The notes under the pieces: generated by a model | Told to the model about the DNA's origin: nothing | Databases searched by the model: none | The model's input: only the letters and a program-made list of their open reading frames with translations | Part shown: in pieces, positions 39,430-49,351 of the stretch | How the letters are laid out: each line of letters begins with the position of its first letter | Numbering within the stretch: position 1 is the stretch's first letter | NCBI GenBank assembly: GCA_051546255.1 | Contig: CP128817.1 | Location: forward strand, 186,001 to 250,000 | DNA: 64,000 nucleotides | Reading direction: 5' to 3' | Source of the DNA: Meyerozyma guilliermondii | Taxonomy: Eukaryota | Position numbers and translations under genes: made by a program

Positions 39430-40725
39430 ATGTTGAAACGAGCCATTGGTCTCATATGGAAAAACGAGGGTCCCTACGAGAACTGGACGAGACGCCAGTT
39501 ATTAGACCGCATTAAGGAATTGGAATCCATGACTAGTGAGTCCACAAGTGTTGAAACCACCAAGAAGAATCACACATCTAATGAACCCCCGGCCAAGAAA
39601 CCAAAACGCAAGTTTGACTTTTCGGGCCATTCGAAACGGTTTATTGCTCTTAGATTCGCATACGCTGGCTGGAACTACAACGGGTTGGCGTTCCAGAACG
39701 AACCTACACCTTTGCCTACAGTAGAACAAGAAATCTTGGAAGCACTCACGAAAGCTCGTCTCATTACTGAACCTGATCCTTTAGTGTGCAATTTTTCCCG
39801 CTGTGGCAGAACCGACAAAGGAGTCAGTGCCATGAACCAAGTGATTAGTCTCGAAGTCCGCAGTGGCTTAACAGAAGAACAGAGATCACAGCCAGGAGCA
39901 GACCAAAAGGAGATTCCCTACATTACTATACTCAACTCATTACTTCCACCATCCATTCGAATTACAGGTATATGCTTAAATCCTCCGCCAGGATTCGATG
40001 CTCGGTTTTCCTGTTCCTATCGTCACTACCGTTATATATTCCGCCGGTATGACTTGGATCTTGAAGCCATGACCGAGGCTGCAAAAAAGTACGAAGGTGA
40101 ACATGATTTCCGTAACTTTTGCAAGATTGACGGATCAAAGCAAATCACCAATTATGGCCGCACCATCTTGAGTGCCAATATTATGCCTTTAAAAGACGAC
40201 TACTATGTTTTCGATCTTAAAGGAACCGCTTTCTTGTGGCATCAAGTGCGGTGCATGATGGGCATTCTCTTCCTCGTGGGTCGCAAGCTCGAAAAGCCAT
40301 CATTGGTGGATGAACTTTTGAATGTGGACGTCAACCCTAACAAGCCCAATTATGATATGGCCAATGATGTGCCTCTTGTGTTGTACGACTGTGTGTTTCC
40401 CGATATAGAGTGGACCGCAGCAACGGATACGGCAGGTGCTGAATCGAAAATACTCAAAGAAAGAGCACTCATGCGCCAGCAAGTATTAGACCATTCCATC
40501 AAAGCTCAAATAATAGGCATGCTTGAAGATGTGTTTGTGGGGGATAATTCTCGAATGCAGGGGTTGACCAAAGGTGGAGGTATCATAGATATTGGTGACG
40601 GAAAGGGTCGTAATTTCAAGAAGTATACGCCCGTTATGCAACGTGATCGAACCGATCTGTTTGAGGTGATCAATGCGAGGTGGTTGGCAAAGGGAAAGAA
40701 GAAGTCGGATTTGAAGACCGAATAA
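39430..40725 (+). CDS. DEG1: tRNA pseudouridine 38/39 synthase (Pus3)
   Basis: SRCGRTDKGVSA, FDARFSC, GEHDFRNFCK and AFLWHQVRCM. Confidence 0.95.
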   Translation: MLKRAIGLIWKNEGPYENWTRRQLLDRIKELESMTSESTSVETTKKNHTSNEPPAKKPKRKFDFSGHSKRFIALRFAYAGWNYNGLAFQNEPTPLPTVEQEILEALTKARLITEPDPLVCNFSRCGRTDKGVSAMNQVISLEVRSGLTEEQRSQPGADQKEIPYITILNSLLPPSIRITGICLNPPPGFDARFSCSYRHYRYIFRRYDLDLEAMTEAAKKYEGEHDFRNFCKIDGSKQITNYGRTILSANIMPLKDDYYVFDLKGTAFLWHQVRCMMGILFLVGRKLEKPSLVDELLNVDVNPNKPNYDMANDVPLVLYDCVFPDIEWTAATDTAGAESKILKERALMRQQVLDHSIKAQIIGMLEDVFVGDNSRMQGLTKGGGIIDIGDGKGRNFKKYTPVMQRDRTDLFEVINARWLAKGKKKSDLKTE

Positions 40726-40742
40726 GCCATTTATGACCATGT

Positions 40743-41420
40743 TCACGAAGCAGACGGTACCCAGTACATCGTATCTTGGCCTGCGCAATTATCGACCCAT
40801 AGAAACCCATGCATAATCATATCATCAATGGCAGAACGAGCCCGCACTTTGTCCCAGCCGTAGTTATCCTGAAGAATACGCATGGTTATATATCCACCGA
40901 TGAACTCACATGCTTCATAGATGGTTTTGTGGTCGTTGGAAATCGACTCCGACATGGACACCGACTTGAGCCACGACTTGCCGTTGATGGTAAAAGTATC
41001 GTATCCCTTCCCCAACCCATTAAGAAGCGGAACGCTCTCCAATACATCGTTCTCAGTGACCACAGCTTCGAAATCGGGGTTTTGTTGTAGAATGGAAACA
41101 AGCTCTTTAATTGGTATGAGTCCACCATTAACGGCTCTAGTATCGTTACATATTTCCACAACTCTCACGGCCACACTGATACGAAACTCCTCCTTGGATC
41201 TCCTACTTTGCATGAATAGCTCTAGCGGATCAATTCCTATCAGGGTACAAACCTGGGTAAATTTGGCTCGAGATTCGTCATCGTTGATAATGTCATCGGG
41301 GTGTTCTCGAGCAAAGTTTAAAAGTGCCGAACGGAACACAGCAAGTTGCGTAGACAACTGGTCTGCGTGCTGCTGGTGAAGCAGTTTACCGAGCTCGGCA
41401 AACCGATACTTGTCATCCAT
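40743..41420 (-). CDS. SNF8: ESCRT-II subunit Vps22
   Basis: LSTQLAVF..AL..FA..H, F..VC..IGIDPL, TRAVNGGLI and GFLWVD...YW. Confidence 0.88.
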   Translation of the reverse strand: MDDKYRFAELGKLLHQQHADQLSTQLAVFRSALLNFAREHPDDIINDDESRAKFTQVCTLIGIDPLELFMQSRRSKEEFRISVAVRVVEICNDTRAVNGGLIPIKELVSILQQNPDFEAVVTENDVLESVPLLNGLGKGYDTFTINGKSWLKSVSMSESISNDHKTIYEACEFIGGYITMRILQDNYGWDKVRARSAIDDMIMHGFLWVDNCAGQDTMYWVPSAS

Positions 41421-41434
41421 AAACAGTTAAGACG

Positions 41435-41463
41435 TAACGATAACTGGATAACGATAACTGGAT
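41435..41463. repeat. Tandem 14-bp repeat TAACGATAACTGGA x2 containing three GATAAC
   Basis: Exact duplication seen directly in the SNF8 / hydrolase-phosphatase divergent intergenic region. Confidence 0.85.
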
Positions 41464-41801
41464 CAAGCGCGCGAAACCTGCTCTGGAGTGCATAGTACGG
41501 CACCTTTTCGCTTGGCTCACTTGACGTATGCACGCTCACGGTGCGGTTAACACTGATTAGAACCGAGGCATAGAACCACAATGGGAATTGGCACCATGGA
41601 GTTATGAATGTAAAATATACAGTGAAACTTAGAAACCAGCTAGTTTCTCGGAACAAGATCTGTACACTTGTACTTAATTCAAATCGTCAGCTCAACTCTA
41701 GTAAATTGGTTGGCCTGTATAAGACTCTCTCCATGTGATCCCCACATTCAAGCCGCTCCATATTTTGTTAACTAATTTATTCCCGAGGTTTTACCGTTTT
41801 C

Positions 41802-43697
41802 ATGCTGAAGGAATTCGAAGTGAACATCAAGGGGGTTCTGGGTACGTTTGCCGTGCCCCCTTCGGTTGACAATCCGAACCATTTGGCGGAAGGTGAAGCC
41901 CCAGCCAGCAAGAGAGCCGTGCTTATTCTCCATGGTCAGAGCGGACATCGTAATTATTGCTACCAGCGAGACTTGGCTGAGGCTCTAGGCAAGCAATTGG
42001 GGTTGTATACGTTAAGAATTGACTTTCGAGGCTGTGGCTCGTCGGCTGATAACGATGACCCATTTTTGGGCCGTACGCTTGACCAAGATATGGAAGATAT
42101 ACAAGCGTGCGCCGAGTACCTAGTGTCGGGAAACAATGAGGTGGGCATCAAGTTTTCCATTGCTTCCATAGTGAGCCATCTGAGAGGCTCAACTGCCATG
42201 CTCCTTTGGGCTCTTCTGCAGCTGGAACCCCAGCATGAAAATCACCCACGTCCTGAAAATTGGTTACCTGTCAAGGTTGAGTCTCTTGTCAATTGCAGTT
42301 CGCGGTTTGATCTGGCGGCGATAGCCAAACGGTTTCCATTGTTTGATCTTTCTTTTGATATGATGCCGCAATACTGTTTAAGACATGGTAAATGGCAGGA
42401 AGTCATGGTTACTCGCCATGAACTTTTATCGCAAGCGCAAACCGAAATGGAGGATTTGAAATACCTCGACCCGTCCGTTCCTGTTCTCTCGATCTACGGG
42501 CTTGAAGATAGAGTCCTTGAGCCCACAGACCCTTCTGGCATGGCCAATGCTTTATCTCGAGGTCCAGGTACCCACAACATTTACTTGATACCTGACGCCG
42601 ACCACAACTTCCAGGGTCTTCATCCTATCGAGACCGAAGTGGATGCCGAGGAGTATAACCCTGATAATCTTCCTCTCAACAGAAAGAAATTGGTCAACTA
42701 CAATAGCGTAGTTGTTGAACATATACTCAATTACCTTGGCCCCGATGCTCGAGCGCAACGCAGCAGTGAACTTTGCGGCAATGTTTCAACCATTCCCAGG
42801 TGGAAACAGGTCGATGGTGTGTCCAACTTTAGAGACATTGGAGGCTGGCGTATCACCAACCCCGCCAGGCAATTATCGCATGTTCCTCCCAATTCGTTCT
42901 ACTATGTCCAGCCTGGATTTGCTTACCGCGCAGCCAATATGAGCTCAATAACGTCACAAGGGTTGGCAACGATGCGCAACCTTCGTATTAAGGTTGTGTT
43001 TGACCTTCGAAGTGACAGTGAATGCCAACATGATGGTATAGCTTCAGACTTGGAACTGGTGGGCATCACTCGTGTACATGCTCCAGTTTATGCCAACGAC
43101 AACTTTCTGCCAGAAGCAATAGCAATGAGGTATAGCAACTTGATGTCTTCATGGCACACATTTGTCAAGGTTTACCAAGACATGTTGAAATTTGGAGTGA
43201 ATGCGTTCCGAACCATTTTCGAGCATGTCAGAGACAAGGGAACTAGTTTCGTTGTACATTGTTCCGCAGGCAAAGATAGAACCGGTATAATCGTTATGCT
43301 TATGCTTTTATTGACGGGACTTGATAAGAATACCATTGCCCAAGAATACGAGCTTACGACAATTGGACTCAAACCCGACCACGAGAGAATCCAGGAGAAG
43401 TTCCTTTTCACCGTGGAGAAATTTAAGAAGAAAGTTGAGAATGCCAATGAGTTATTGGCAAAGGGCCGTCTGGGATGGACAATTGAGAAGGATGGGTTTG
43501 ATAATCTCATCAGCTCGAGATACGAAGCAATGTTGAACACAATAGATCAGTTCCACGAGGACTACGGGTCGGTGGAGAATTACATGAAGGAACACTTGGG
43601 TTTCAATGACCAAGATTTGGTCAAGATATACAACAATTTGGTGACAGTTCTGGCCAATCCTGGAGGAGCAGACGCTTCATCCCGGGCCAAGTTCTAG
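41802..43697 (+). CDS. Two-domain protein: N-terminal alpha/beta-hydrolase plus C-terminal PtpB-like tyrosine/lipid phosphatase
   Basis: Hydrolase motifs LHGQ.GH, DFRGCGSS, SH(S)RG, G.ED.V and ADHNF. Phosphatase motifs NFRDIGG, FDLRS and P-loop HCSAGKDRTG. Confidence 0.85.
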   Translation: MLKEFEVNIKGVLGTFAVPPSVDNPNHLAEGEAPASKRAVLILHGQSGHRNYCYQRDLAEALGKQLGLYTLRIDFRGCGSSADNDDPFLGRTLDQDMEDIQACAEYLVSGNNEVGIKFSIASIVSHLRGSTAMLLWALLQLEPQHENHPRPENWLPVKVESLVNCSSRFDLAAIAKRFPLFDLSFDMMPQYCLRHGKWQEVMVTRHELLSQAQTEMEDLKYLDPSVPVLSIYGLEDRVLEPTDPSGMANALSRGPGTHNIYLIPDADHNFQGLHPIETEVDAEEYNPDNLPLNRKKLVNYNSVVVEHILNYLGPDARAQRSSELCGNVSTIPRWKQVDGVSNFRDIGGWRITNPARQLSHVPPNSFYYVQPGFAYRAANMSSITSQGLATMRNLRIKVVFDLRSDSECQHDGIASDLELVGITRVHAPVYANDNFLPEAIAMRYSNLMSSWHTFVKVYQDMLKFGVNAFRTIFEHVRDKGTSFVVHCSAGKDRTGIIVMLMLLLTGLDKNTIAQEYELTTIGLKPDHERIQEKFLFTVEKFKKKVENANELLAKGRLGWTIEKDGFDNLISSRYEAMLNTIDQFHEDYGSVENYMKEHLGFNDQDLVKIYNNLVTVLANPGGADASSRAKF

Positions 43698-43718
43698 GTA
43701 TATTTAGAATTTTAAATA

Positions 43719-44111
43719 CTACATAACAGGAAGTGGCCTTTCCTTGAATATCAATTTTTTTTTGATCACATCCACCATTTGTGCCTGGTGATTATCTCCA
43801 TTGGTGGGTATTCGCAACACTCCAAGAGGCGTAGCTAAATCCACAATTGACCCCAATAATCGCTGCGAATTGCCTATATAAAGTACTACTTTCGACGGGT
43901 TGGTGTCGTCGAATTCTAGACGTCCAAATCGCACCGCTTGGTGTCCATTATCTACGATTACCGCGTCGTGGGTATGGTCCAGAGCTACGTGAGGGAGGTT
44001 TAGATGTCCCTGGATTTCAAGCATGCAAAGCCCGAGCGGAGTGGATATAAGGGGAGCTTTTTGGTTTAGGGAATCCGCGGCAGCGACATATTCAATGGAG
44101 GCAGTTGGCAT
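43719..44111 (-). CDS. CTF8: Ctf18-RFC subunit Ctf8
   Basis: TPLGLCMLEIQG.LNLP, LYIG.SQRL.G, L.TPLGVL and KKLIFKERPLPVM. Confidence 0.88.
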   Translation of the reverse strand: MPTASIEYVAAADSLNQKAPLISTPLGLCMLEIQGHLNLPHVALDHTHDAVIVDNGHQAVRFGRLEFDDTNPSKVVLYIGNSQRLLGSIVDLATPLGVLRIPTNGDNHQAQMVDVIKKKLIFKERPLPVM

Positions 44112-44152
44112 TACTTCTAGTAGAGATTTAGAGCCAAGTTAAACGCGATCTT

Positions 44153-44162
44153 GTCACGTGAC
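44153..44162. promoter_or_regulatory. Palindromic E-box GTCACGTGAC (Cbf1/Tye7-type bHLH site)
   Basis: Perfect 10-bp palindrome in the divergent region between CTF8 and the membrane-protein pair. Confidence 0.6.
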
Positions 44163-44528
44163 GTGAAATGCGAAACGACTAAAAATACTGCAGACTAGGC
44201 GAAGGCTTACGGTGATGGCTTTTCACATGGCAGAATTACATTTTAGCGAAACCACATAATGACTGCTATTGTCTTGTATCGCTGATTCTAGACGCTGATC
44301 GGAACCCGGCTGGTGCTTACTCCGAAAGTATCACGCCATTATTTGACACATTAAAAACTAAAGACTTGCAAGCTTCCCAAACGGGAAAGAAAGATGCAAT
44401 TAATTTACCCAGTGAGGAAATTTTGCGGAGAACTATTCTTATAATAAACCGAATGAGGCAGGTGCAAATATCATGGGACAGTTTTTGTATTTTAATAAAT
44501 AAACTTTAACATAACTGATTTCTTGACG

Positions 44529-45884
44529 ATGAAGAAAAGTGACGAATACACCCCAATACATGGTTTGTTTCGGTTACTACAGGCAACCAATAATGGTGCT
44601 GCTGAAGGTACCGGAGTCAAGCTTTTGGTTGAACAGGGCCATGCATTACTAGGACCGAAACTTCCAGCAGTTATGATTGATTATACGATGGGAAGGCAGA
44701 TTAACTTATTTGGAGACTACCCAAAGCAAAAAGATATGGCTCCTTCAATTATATTTGCAGTTGTTTTCTTCGTTCTTGCCCTACTTCACTTGTTGGTGTT
44801 TGTAATGAATACTTCAAGAAAGCATTATTTCTGGCTCACGCTTGGCTTCCTCCTCACATGTATTATGAGAGTGGTCGGTTGGTGTTGCCGTGCTTACTGG
44901 AGCACCGATCTTACTATGGTACCTCCTGGTATCGCTGATGAGGTATTTCTTATCATTCCATCGATTCTTCTTGTTTCGTTCAATTTGATATTGGCACAAA
45001 GAATCTTCACCTGGCGCCATCCAGTGGGTGGTTCAAGGCCCCTTTTCTGGAACACCATGTTTTTGTTGTATGGTGTGGTGGTTCTCGTGATCATTATGAC
45101 CATTATCGCTTCAGCGGTGCCTTATGTGTACCTTCTTTCAGAAGGTGCTTACACCGGCTACAAAAAGACGGTTGAAGCATCAGCTATCTTGATCTTACTT
45201 TACACCTTGACGGCAGTAAGTTTGTTGGGTATGGCATACTTCTTCAAGCCCACAAGAAAGGACGAAAACTTGTACACTTACCAACCATGGTGGATCGAAT
45301 CTTTCAGCCCATTTTACTTTGTCAAGCCTGGTGCTAAAGAAGAAGCAGAACAAAGTTTCATGAAGCGTGGACACAACCATCGTCATGCTATCAGGGTTAT
45401 TGCTGCTACCCAACATCATCATAATATGGTAAATGGTCTCTCGCGAGAGAGAGGAGACCTCAAACATAATTGGTCTTTGGTGATTATCACCATCACCACG
45501 TTATTTATCTTTATTGGGCAAGTGGGTAGAACGGTGGCAGTGTTTCAGGGAAGGTTCCAAATCGATAGTGGACCTGTCTGCGAACCTGTTGCCATGTACA
45601 TTTGCTGGGGTCTCTTTGAAGTGATCATCCACTTGTTATACATCATTGGCCGAGTAGATCTCCGTTTCTACAGACCAGATAGACTTCCAGCTCCAGTTCG
45701 GTCCATTATTACCGCCGAACAATCACTCAATCCATCGGACGTTGAGACGGAAAGTATGCAATCTGCCGAGGATGATTACTCGGATTCAGAGACTCAATTC
45801 AATGGTTCTGACGATGGATTTGGATTCCACAACAACCACATGGAAAAAGAACGTGGCGATGATGAATCTGAGTTTCATTTCTAG
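44529..45884 (+). CDS. RTA1-like/DUF3112-type multi-pass membrane protein, tandem copy 1
   Basis: About 7 TM segments. Motifs GDYP..KD.APSI.F, NLILAQRIFTWRHPVGG and RVDLRFYRPD. Confidence 0.8.
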   Translation: MKKSDEYTPIHGLFRLLQATNNGAAEGTGVKLLVEQGHALLGPKLPAVMIDYTMGRQINLFGDYPKQKDMAPSIIFAVVFFVLALLHLLVFVMNTSRKHYFWLTLGFLLTCIMRVVGWCCRAYWSTDLTMVPPGIADEVFLIIPSILLVSFNLILAQRIFTWRHPVGGSRPLFWNTMFLLYGVVVLVIIMTIIASAVPYVYLLSEGAYTGYKKTVEASAILILLYTLTAVSLLGMAYFFKPTRKDENLYTYQPWWIESFSPFYFVKPGAKEEAEQSFMKRGHNHRHAIRVIAATQHHHNMVNGLSRERGDLKHNWSLVIITITTLFIFIGQVGRTVAVFQGRFQIDSGPVCEPVAMYICWGLFEVIIHLLYIIGRVDLRFYRPDRLPAPVRSIITAEQSLNPSDVETESMQSAEDDYSDSETQFNGSDDGFGFHNNHMEKERGDDESEFHF

Positions 45885-46249
45885 AATATTGGTTGGGTGC
45901 AAAATCACCCCATACTTGGTAATTTAACAGCAAGTACTGCAGCTAAACCGCAAGGGTCCTGTCCTGGTCTACATATACCACCAGAACCAGTTGGTCCCAT
46001 TAACGATAATAGAGCCTTATATCAGGCACTTATAGATAATTTCCCCACCTCAAACCTATTTGACTGGCTTCCAATTCTGGTGCAAAAGACAAACTTAGCC
46101 GCGCGACACACACTATACCCCAAAATGTCGAAAGGGCCCAGCGCACATGCAGGCGCTGCATTTTTCTACCGATTAGGAAATTCTTGAAAAGCGGAGAAGA
46201 TCATATAAAATATACAAACTATACACTTTCGTCCTAATTCACCAACAAC

Positions 46250-47602
46250 ATGAGTGAGAGTGATCAAGCTCCCATGCACGGGCTCCTCTTGCTCTTGCAG
46301 GCATTGAACAATGGAGCAGATATGGGAACTGGAATTCTTCAAGTAAAGGGCCAAGCAATCAATCTTTTGGGTCCCAATCTTCCAGAATCGTTAAAGATGT
46401 ATGCTATTGGCAGGCAAAACAATCTTCTTGGAAGTTATCCTACCCAGAAAGACCTTGCCCCATCGATAGTATTCTGTGTGTTATTCTTTTTGATTGCTGT
46501 AATGCATTTTGTCATTTGGATAATCAACTTCAAACGAGGTCATTATTTCTGGTTATCCCTTGTTTGGGTGGCCTACTGTGCCATGAGAATTGTGGGTTTT
46601 GCTTTGAGAGCATACTGGAGTTCGGACATTCTTCAGGTGAATTCTGGTATTGCCAGTGAAATTTTCTTGATTATTCCATCCATGGTGATTGTGTCATTTA
46701 ACTTGATTTTGGCTCAACGGTTATTTACATGGCGACACCCGGTGGGTGGTAACAGAATGCTTTTCTGGAATATTATGTTCGTCTTATACTTCATTGTCTG
46801 TTTGGTGATTGCCATGACCATCGTTGCTGCAGCTGTGCCTTATCTTTATTTCTTGTCTTATCATGCATACAAAGCGTACAAGGAGGTGGTGATGGTTTCA
46901 TCAGTGTTAATTATATTATACTCTTTGACAGCCATTTCCTTGATTGGATTGTCGTACTTTTTCAAACCAACGAGAAAGGATGAAAATTTGTACACATACC
47001 AACCTTGGTGGGTTGAATCGTTTCACCCATTTTACTTTGTACAACCTCATGCTGCTCAGAAAGCAGAGGAGACTTTCATGAAGAGAAACCACAACCACCG
47101 TCATGCAAAGCGAGTCATTGCCGCTACCCATCATCATTATAACATGGTTCAAGGTTTGTCCAACCAGAGAGGTGAGTTGGGTCATAATACATCTTTGATG
47201 ATTTTGTGTGTTACCACCTTGCTTATCTTTGTGGGAGCTATTCTTCGGTCGGTTTCCGTCTTCCAAGCCAAGATTAGTGCTGAGGCAACAATCGTTTGTG
47301 AGCCAGTAGCCATCTATATTGTTTGGGGAGTCTTTGAAGTCATTGTTAATTTGTTGTATATCGTTGGCAGAGTCGACTTGCGTTTCTACAGACCAGATAT
47401 ACTACCAGCCAAGGTGCGGGCCATCATTACGGCTGAACAAAGTTACTACCCATCCGACAATGAGGATGATATGGAGAGCACGACTTCGTTCTCGGATCCT
47501 AATGAGTACACCCACCCACAATCAGCTCCTCAATACCACAACGATGAGAAGCTTGAAAAATACGAACTGTTCAATGACAGAGAGTCAGAATTTAATTTTT
47601 AG
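46250..47602 (+). CDS. RTA1-like/DUF3112-type multi-pass membrane protein, tandem copy 2
   Basis: Colinear with copy 1 over its full length, e.g. identical YFFKPTRKDENLYTYQPWW. Ends ESEFNF vs ESEFHF. Confidence 0.8.
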   Translation: MSESDQAPMHGLLLLLQALNNGADMGTGILQVKGQAINLLGPNLPESLKMYAIGRQNNLLGSYPTQKDLAPSIVFCVLFFLIAVMHFVIWIINFKRGHYFWLSLVWVAYCAMRIVGFALRAYWSSDILQVNSGIASEIFLIIPSMVIVSFNLILAQRLFTWRHPVGGNRMLFWNIMFVLYFIVCLVIAMTIVAAAVPYLYFLSYHAYKAYKEVVMVSSVLIILYSLTAISLIGLSYFFKPTRKDENLYTYQPWWVESFHPFYFVQPHAAQKAEETFMKRNHNHRHAKRVIAATHHHYNMVQGLSNQRGELGHNTSLMILCVTTLLIFVGAILRSVSVFQAKISAEATIVCEPVAIYIVWGVFEVIVNLLYIVGRVDLRFYRPDILPAKVRAIITAEQSYYPSDNEDDMESTTSFSDPNEYTHPQSAPQYHNDEKLEKYELFNDRESEFNF

Positions 47603-47629
47603 TTTATTAGAATACCACTTGAGAAATAA

Positions 47630-49351
47630 TTATTCTTTTGAACAATCTCTTCCAAACATGGAAACCTTGAGCCAGTCCATACAAACGAGAATTTGGTTCT
47701 TGATGGAGAGACACATGTAAATGTAAGCAGATCTCCAGAACAAAAATGTGATTGTACCACCGGTAGAAACATTCGACCAATCGCCCCACACAAGATCGGC
47801 AACGGCTCTCTCAGATCCAATGTAAGCTAAAGATCCTTGATGGTTGTAGTGGAAGATAGGTAACTTGGCCTGCAAACGGTTAAGTTTCTTGGTCAATCTC
47901 TCAACATTGTCTTTAGGATCTGGGTGCTCAAGCTTGTACTTCAAAGTATCAATTTCGTGCAACTCTTCAAAGTGTTTACCCAAGAAAATACCCTCTTGGA
48001 ATGCAACCTGAGCAGTAGGAGCGTATTTGGTAAAGGTACAATCTCCCAAGGCATAGATATTGTTTGTACCATCGACCAAAAGTCTATCATCAACTAATAA
48101 ACCACGCTTAGCATTACGTTGTTCATCAATCTTTGAAATCAACGAACGAACAATACCTCTTGGTGCATTACCAGTGGCCCAGATCAACATACCATAAGGA
48201 AATTCAACGTACTCATCCTTTCCGTTCACCTTGTGGGTACCCATAACCATTCTATCGTCAACTTTCTTGATCATAGTATTAGTTCTCAAATCGATATTGG
48301 TGTCCTGGAATACTTGCTCAGTGTACTCGACCAATTTTTCACTAAAGGTGTTCAACACTTGAGGTAATGCTTCCACAAGGGTGATCTTCAATTCAGAGGA
48401 AACTTCGGGCATCCATTTTTTCAAGTCTTGGTCAATGTAGTCTTGCAACTCACCAGCAACCTCAACACCAGTAGGACCACCACCACAAACGACAACGCTA
48501 AGCAATCTCTTTCTCTCTTCGTCTCCCTTTGGCAAAATGTTGGCTGCTTCGATAAGATCCATCAAACGTCTTCTAATGGTGACTGCATCACTGATCTCCT
48601 TCAAGAAAACAGAGTGGGTCTCCACACCGGGAATTCCAAAAGTCGAAGGCTGGGCGCCAACACCCACAACCAAATAATCGTAATTGAGCGAGGTTGAGAT
48701 TTCTTCTACACCTCCGTAGTCGGCGATTGTCGATTTGGAGGAGCTGGTATCGGAACCAGAGTGACCAGAATGAACGGTGGTGGACTGCTTGATGGTAATT
48801 TTCTGTTCAACGGGGTCAATTTCCGTGGCTTCGGCTTCCAAGTAAATAACTTCTCCCTTCAGCTTACGGGTGATGGTACGCACAGGTTCAATAATGGATC
48901 TAATTTCAACAGTACCTGTAGGGCAGGAAGGTAACAATGGGGTGAAAAGGAAGTAGTTTCTAGGAGAAACAATCACTACGTTGTACAACGAGGTGTCCAA
49001 ATTCTTGAGCAAAGAAATAGAACCCCAACCAGAACCCAAAATCACGATGGTTTTCTTCTTTTGACCATTTTCGAAAAATGGAACTTGCTTTACTTGATCA
49101 GCAGGATGCGAATCTTGATAAACATGGTAGCCGAGCAATCCTCCCGTGACTAACACGGAAAGAAGCCCGAGTCTCTTGGTGTTTTTCCAGATCTTCAGCA
49201 ATCTACTTGGAGATTTCTTGACGGGAAAGCCGTTGAGAAGACGAGCAGTTGACGACAACTGACGAAGTTGTAAAGCCCTTTCATTAACGAGAGGAGACAC
49301 CCGAGATGAGGGAATAGATCCTGGAAGTCTGCGAGCTCCAAGCCGTATCAT
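47630..49351 (-). CDS. NDE1: Mitochondrial external alternative NADH dehydrogenase (NDH-2)
   Basis: Arg/Ser-rich presequence from ATG 49351, then a TM segment. Motifs GSGWG, SPRNYFLFTPLLP, GGGPTGVE and APTAQVA.QEG. Confidence 0.93.
   Translation of the reverse strand: MIRLGARRLPGSIPSSRVSPLVNERALQLRQLSSTARLLNGFPVKKSPSRLLKIWKNTKRLGLLSVLVTGGLLGYHVYQDSHPADQVKQVPFFENGQKKKTIVILGSGWGSISLLKNLDTSLYNVVIVSPRNYFLFTPLLPSCPTGTVEIRSIIEPVRTITRKLKGEVIYLEAEATEIDPVEQKITIKQSTTVHSGHSGSDTSSSKSTIADYGGVEEISTSLNYDYLVVGVGAQPSTFGIPGVETHSVFLKEISDAVTIRRRLMDLIEAANILPKGDEERKRLLSVVVCGGGPTGVEVAGELQDYIDQDLKKWMPEVSSELKITLVEALPQVLNTFSEKLVEYTEQVFQDTNIDLRTNTMIKKVDDRMVMGTHKVNGKDEYVEFPYGMLIWATGNAPRGIVRSLISKIDEQRNAKRGLLVDDRLLVDGTNNIYALGDCTFTKYAPTAQVAFQEGIFLGKHFEELHEIDTLKYKLEHPDPKDNVERLTKKLNRLQAKLPIFHYNHQGSLAYIGSERAVADLVWGDWSNVSTGGTITFLFWRSAYIYMCLSIKNQILVCMDWLKVSMFGRDCSKE

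Noticed and set aside
44153..44330. GTCACGTGAC as CDEI of a point centromere near the SPB4/DEG1/SNF8 block
   Set aside because: No highly AT-rich CDEII follows it, and point centromeres are not known in this clade. Better read as a promoter E-box.
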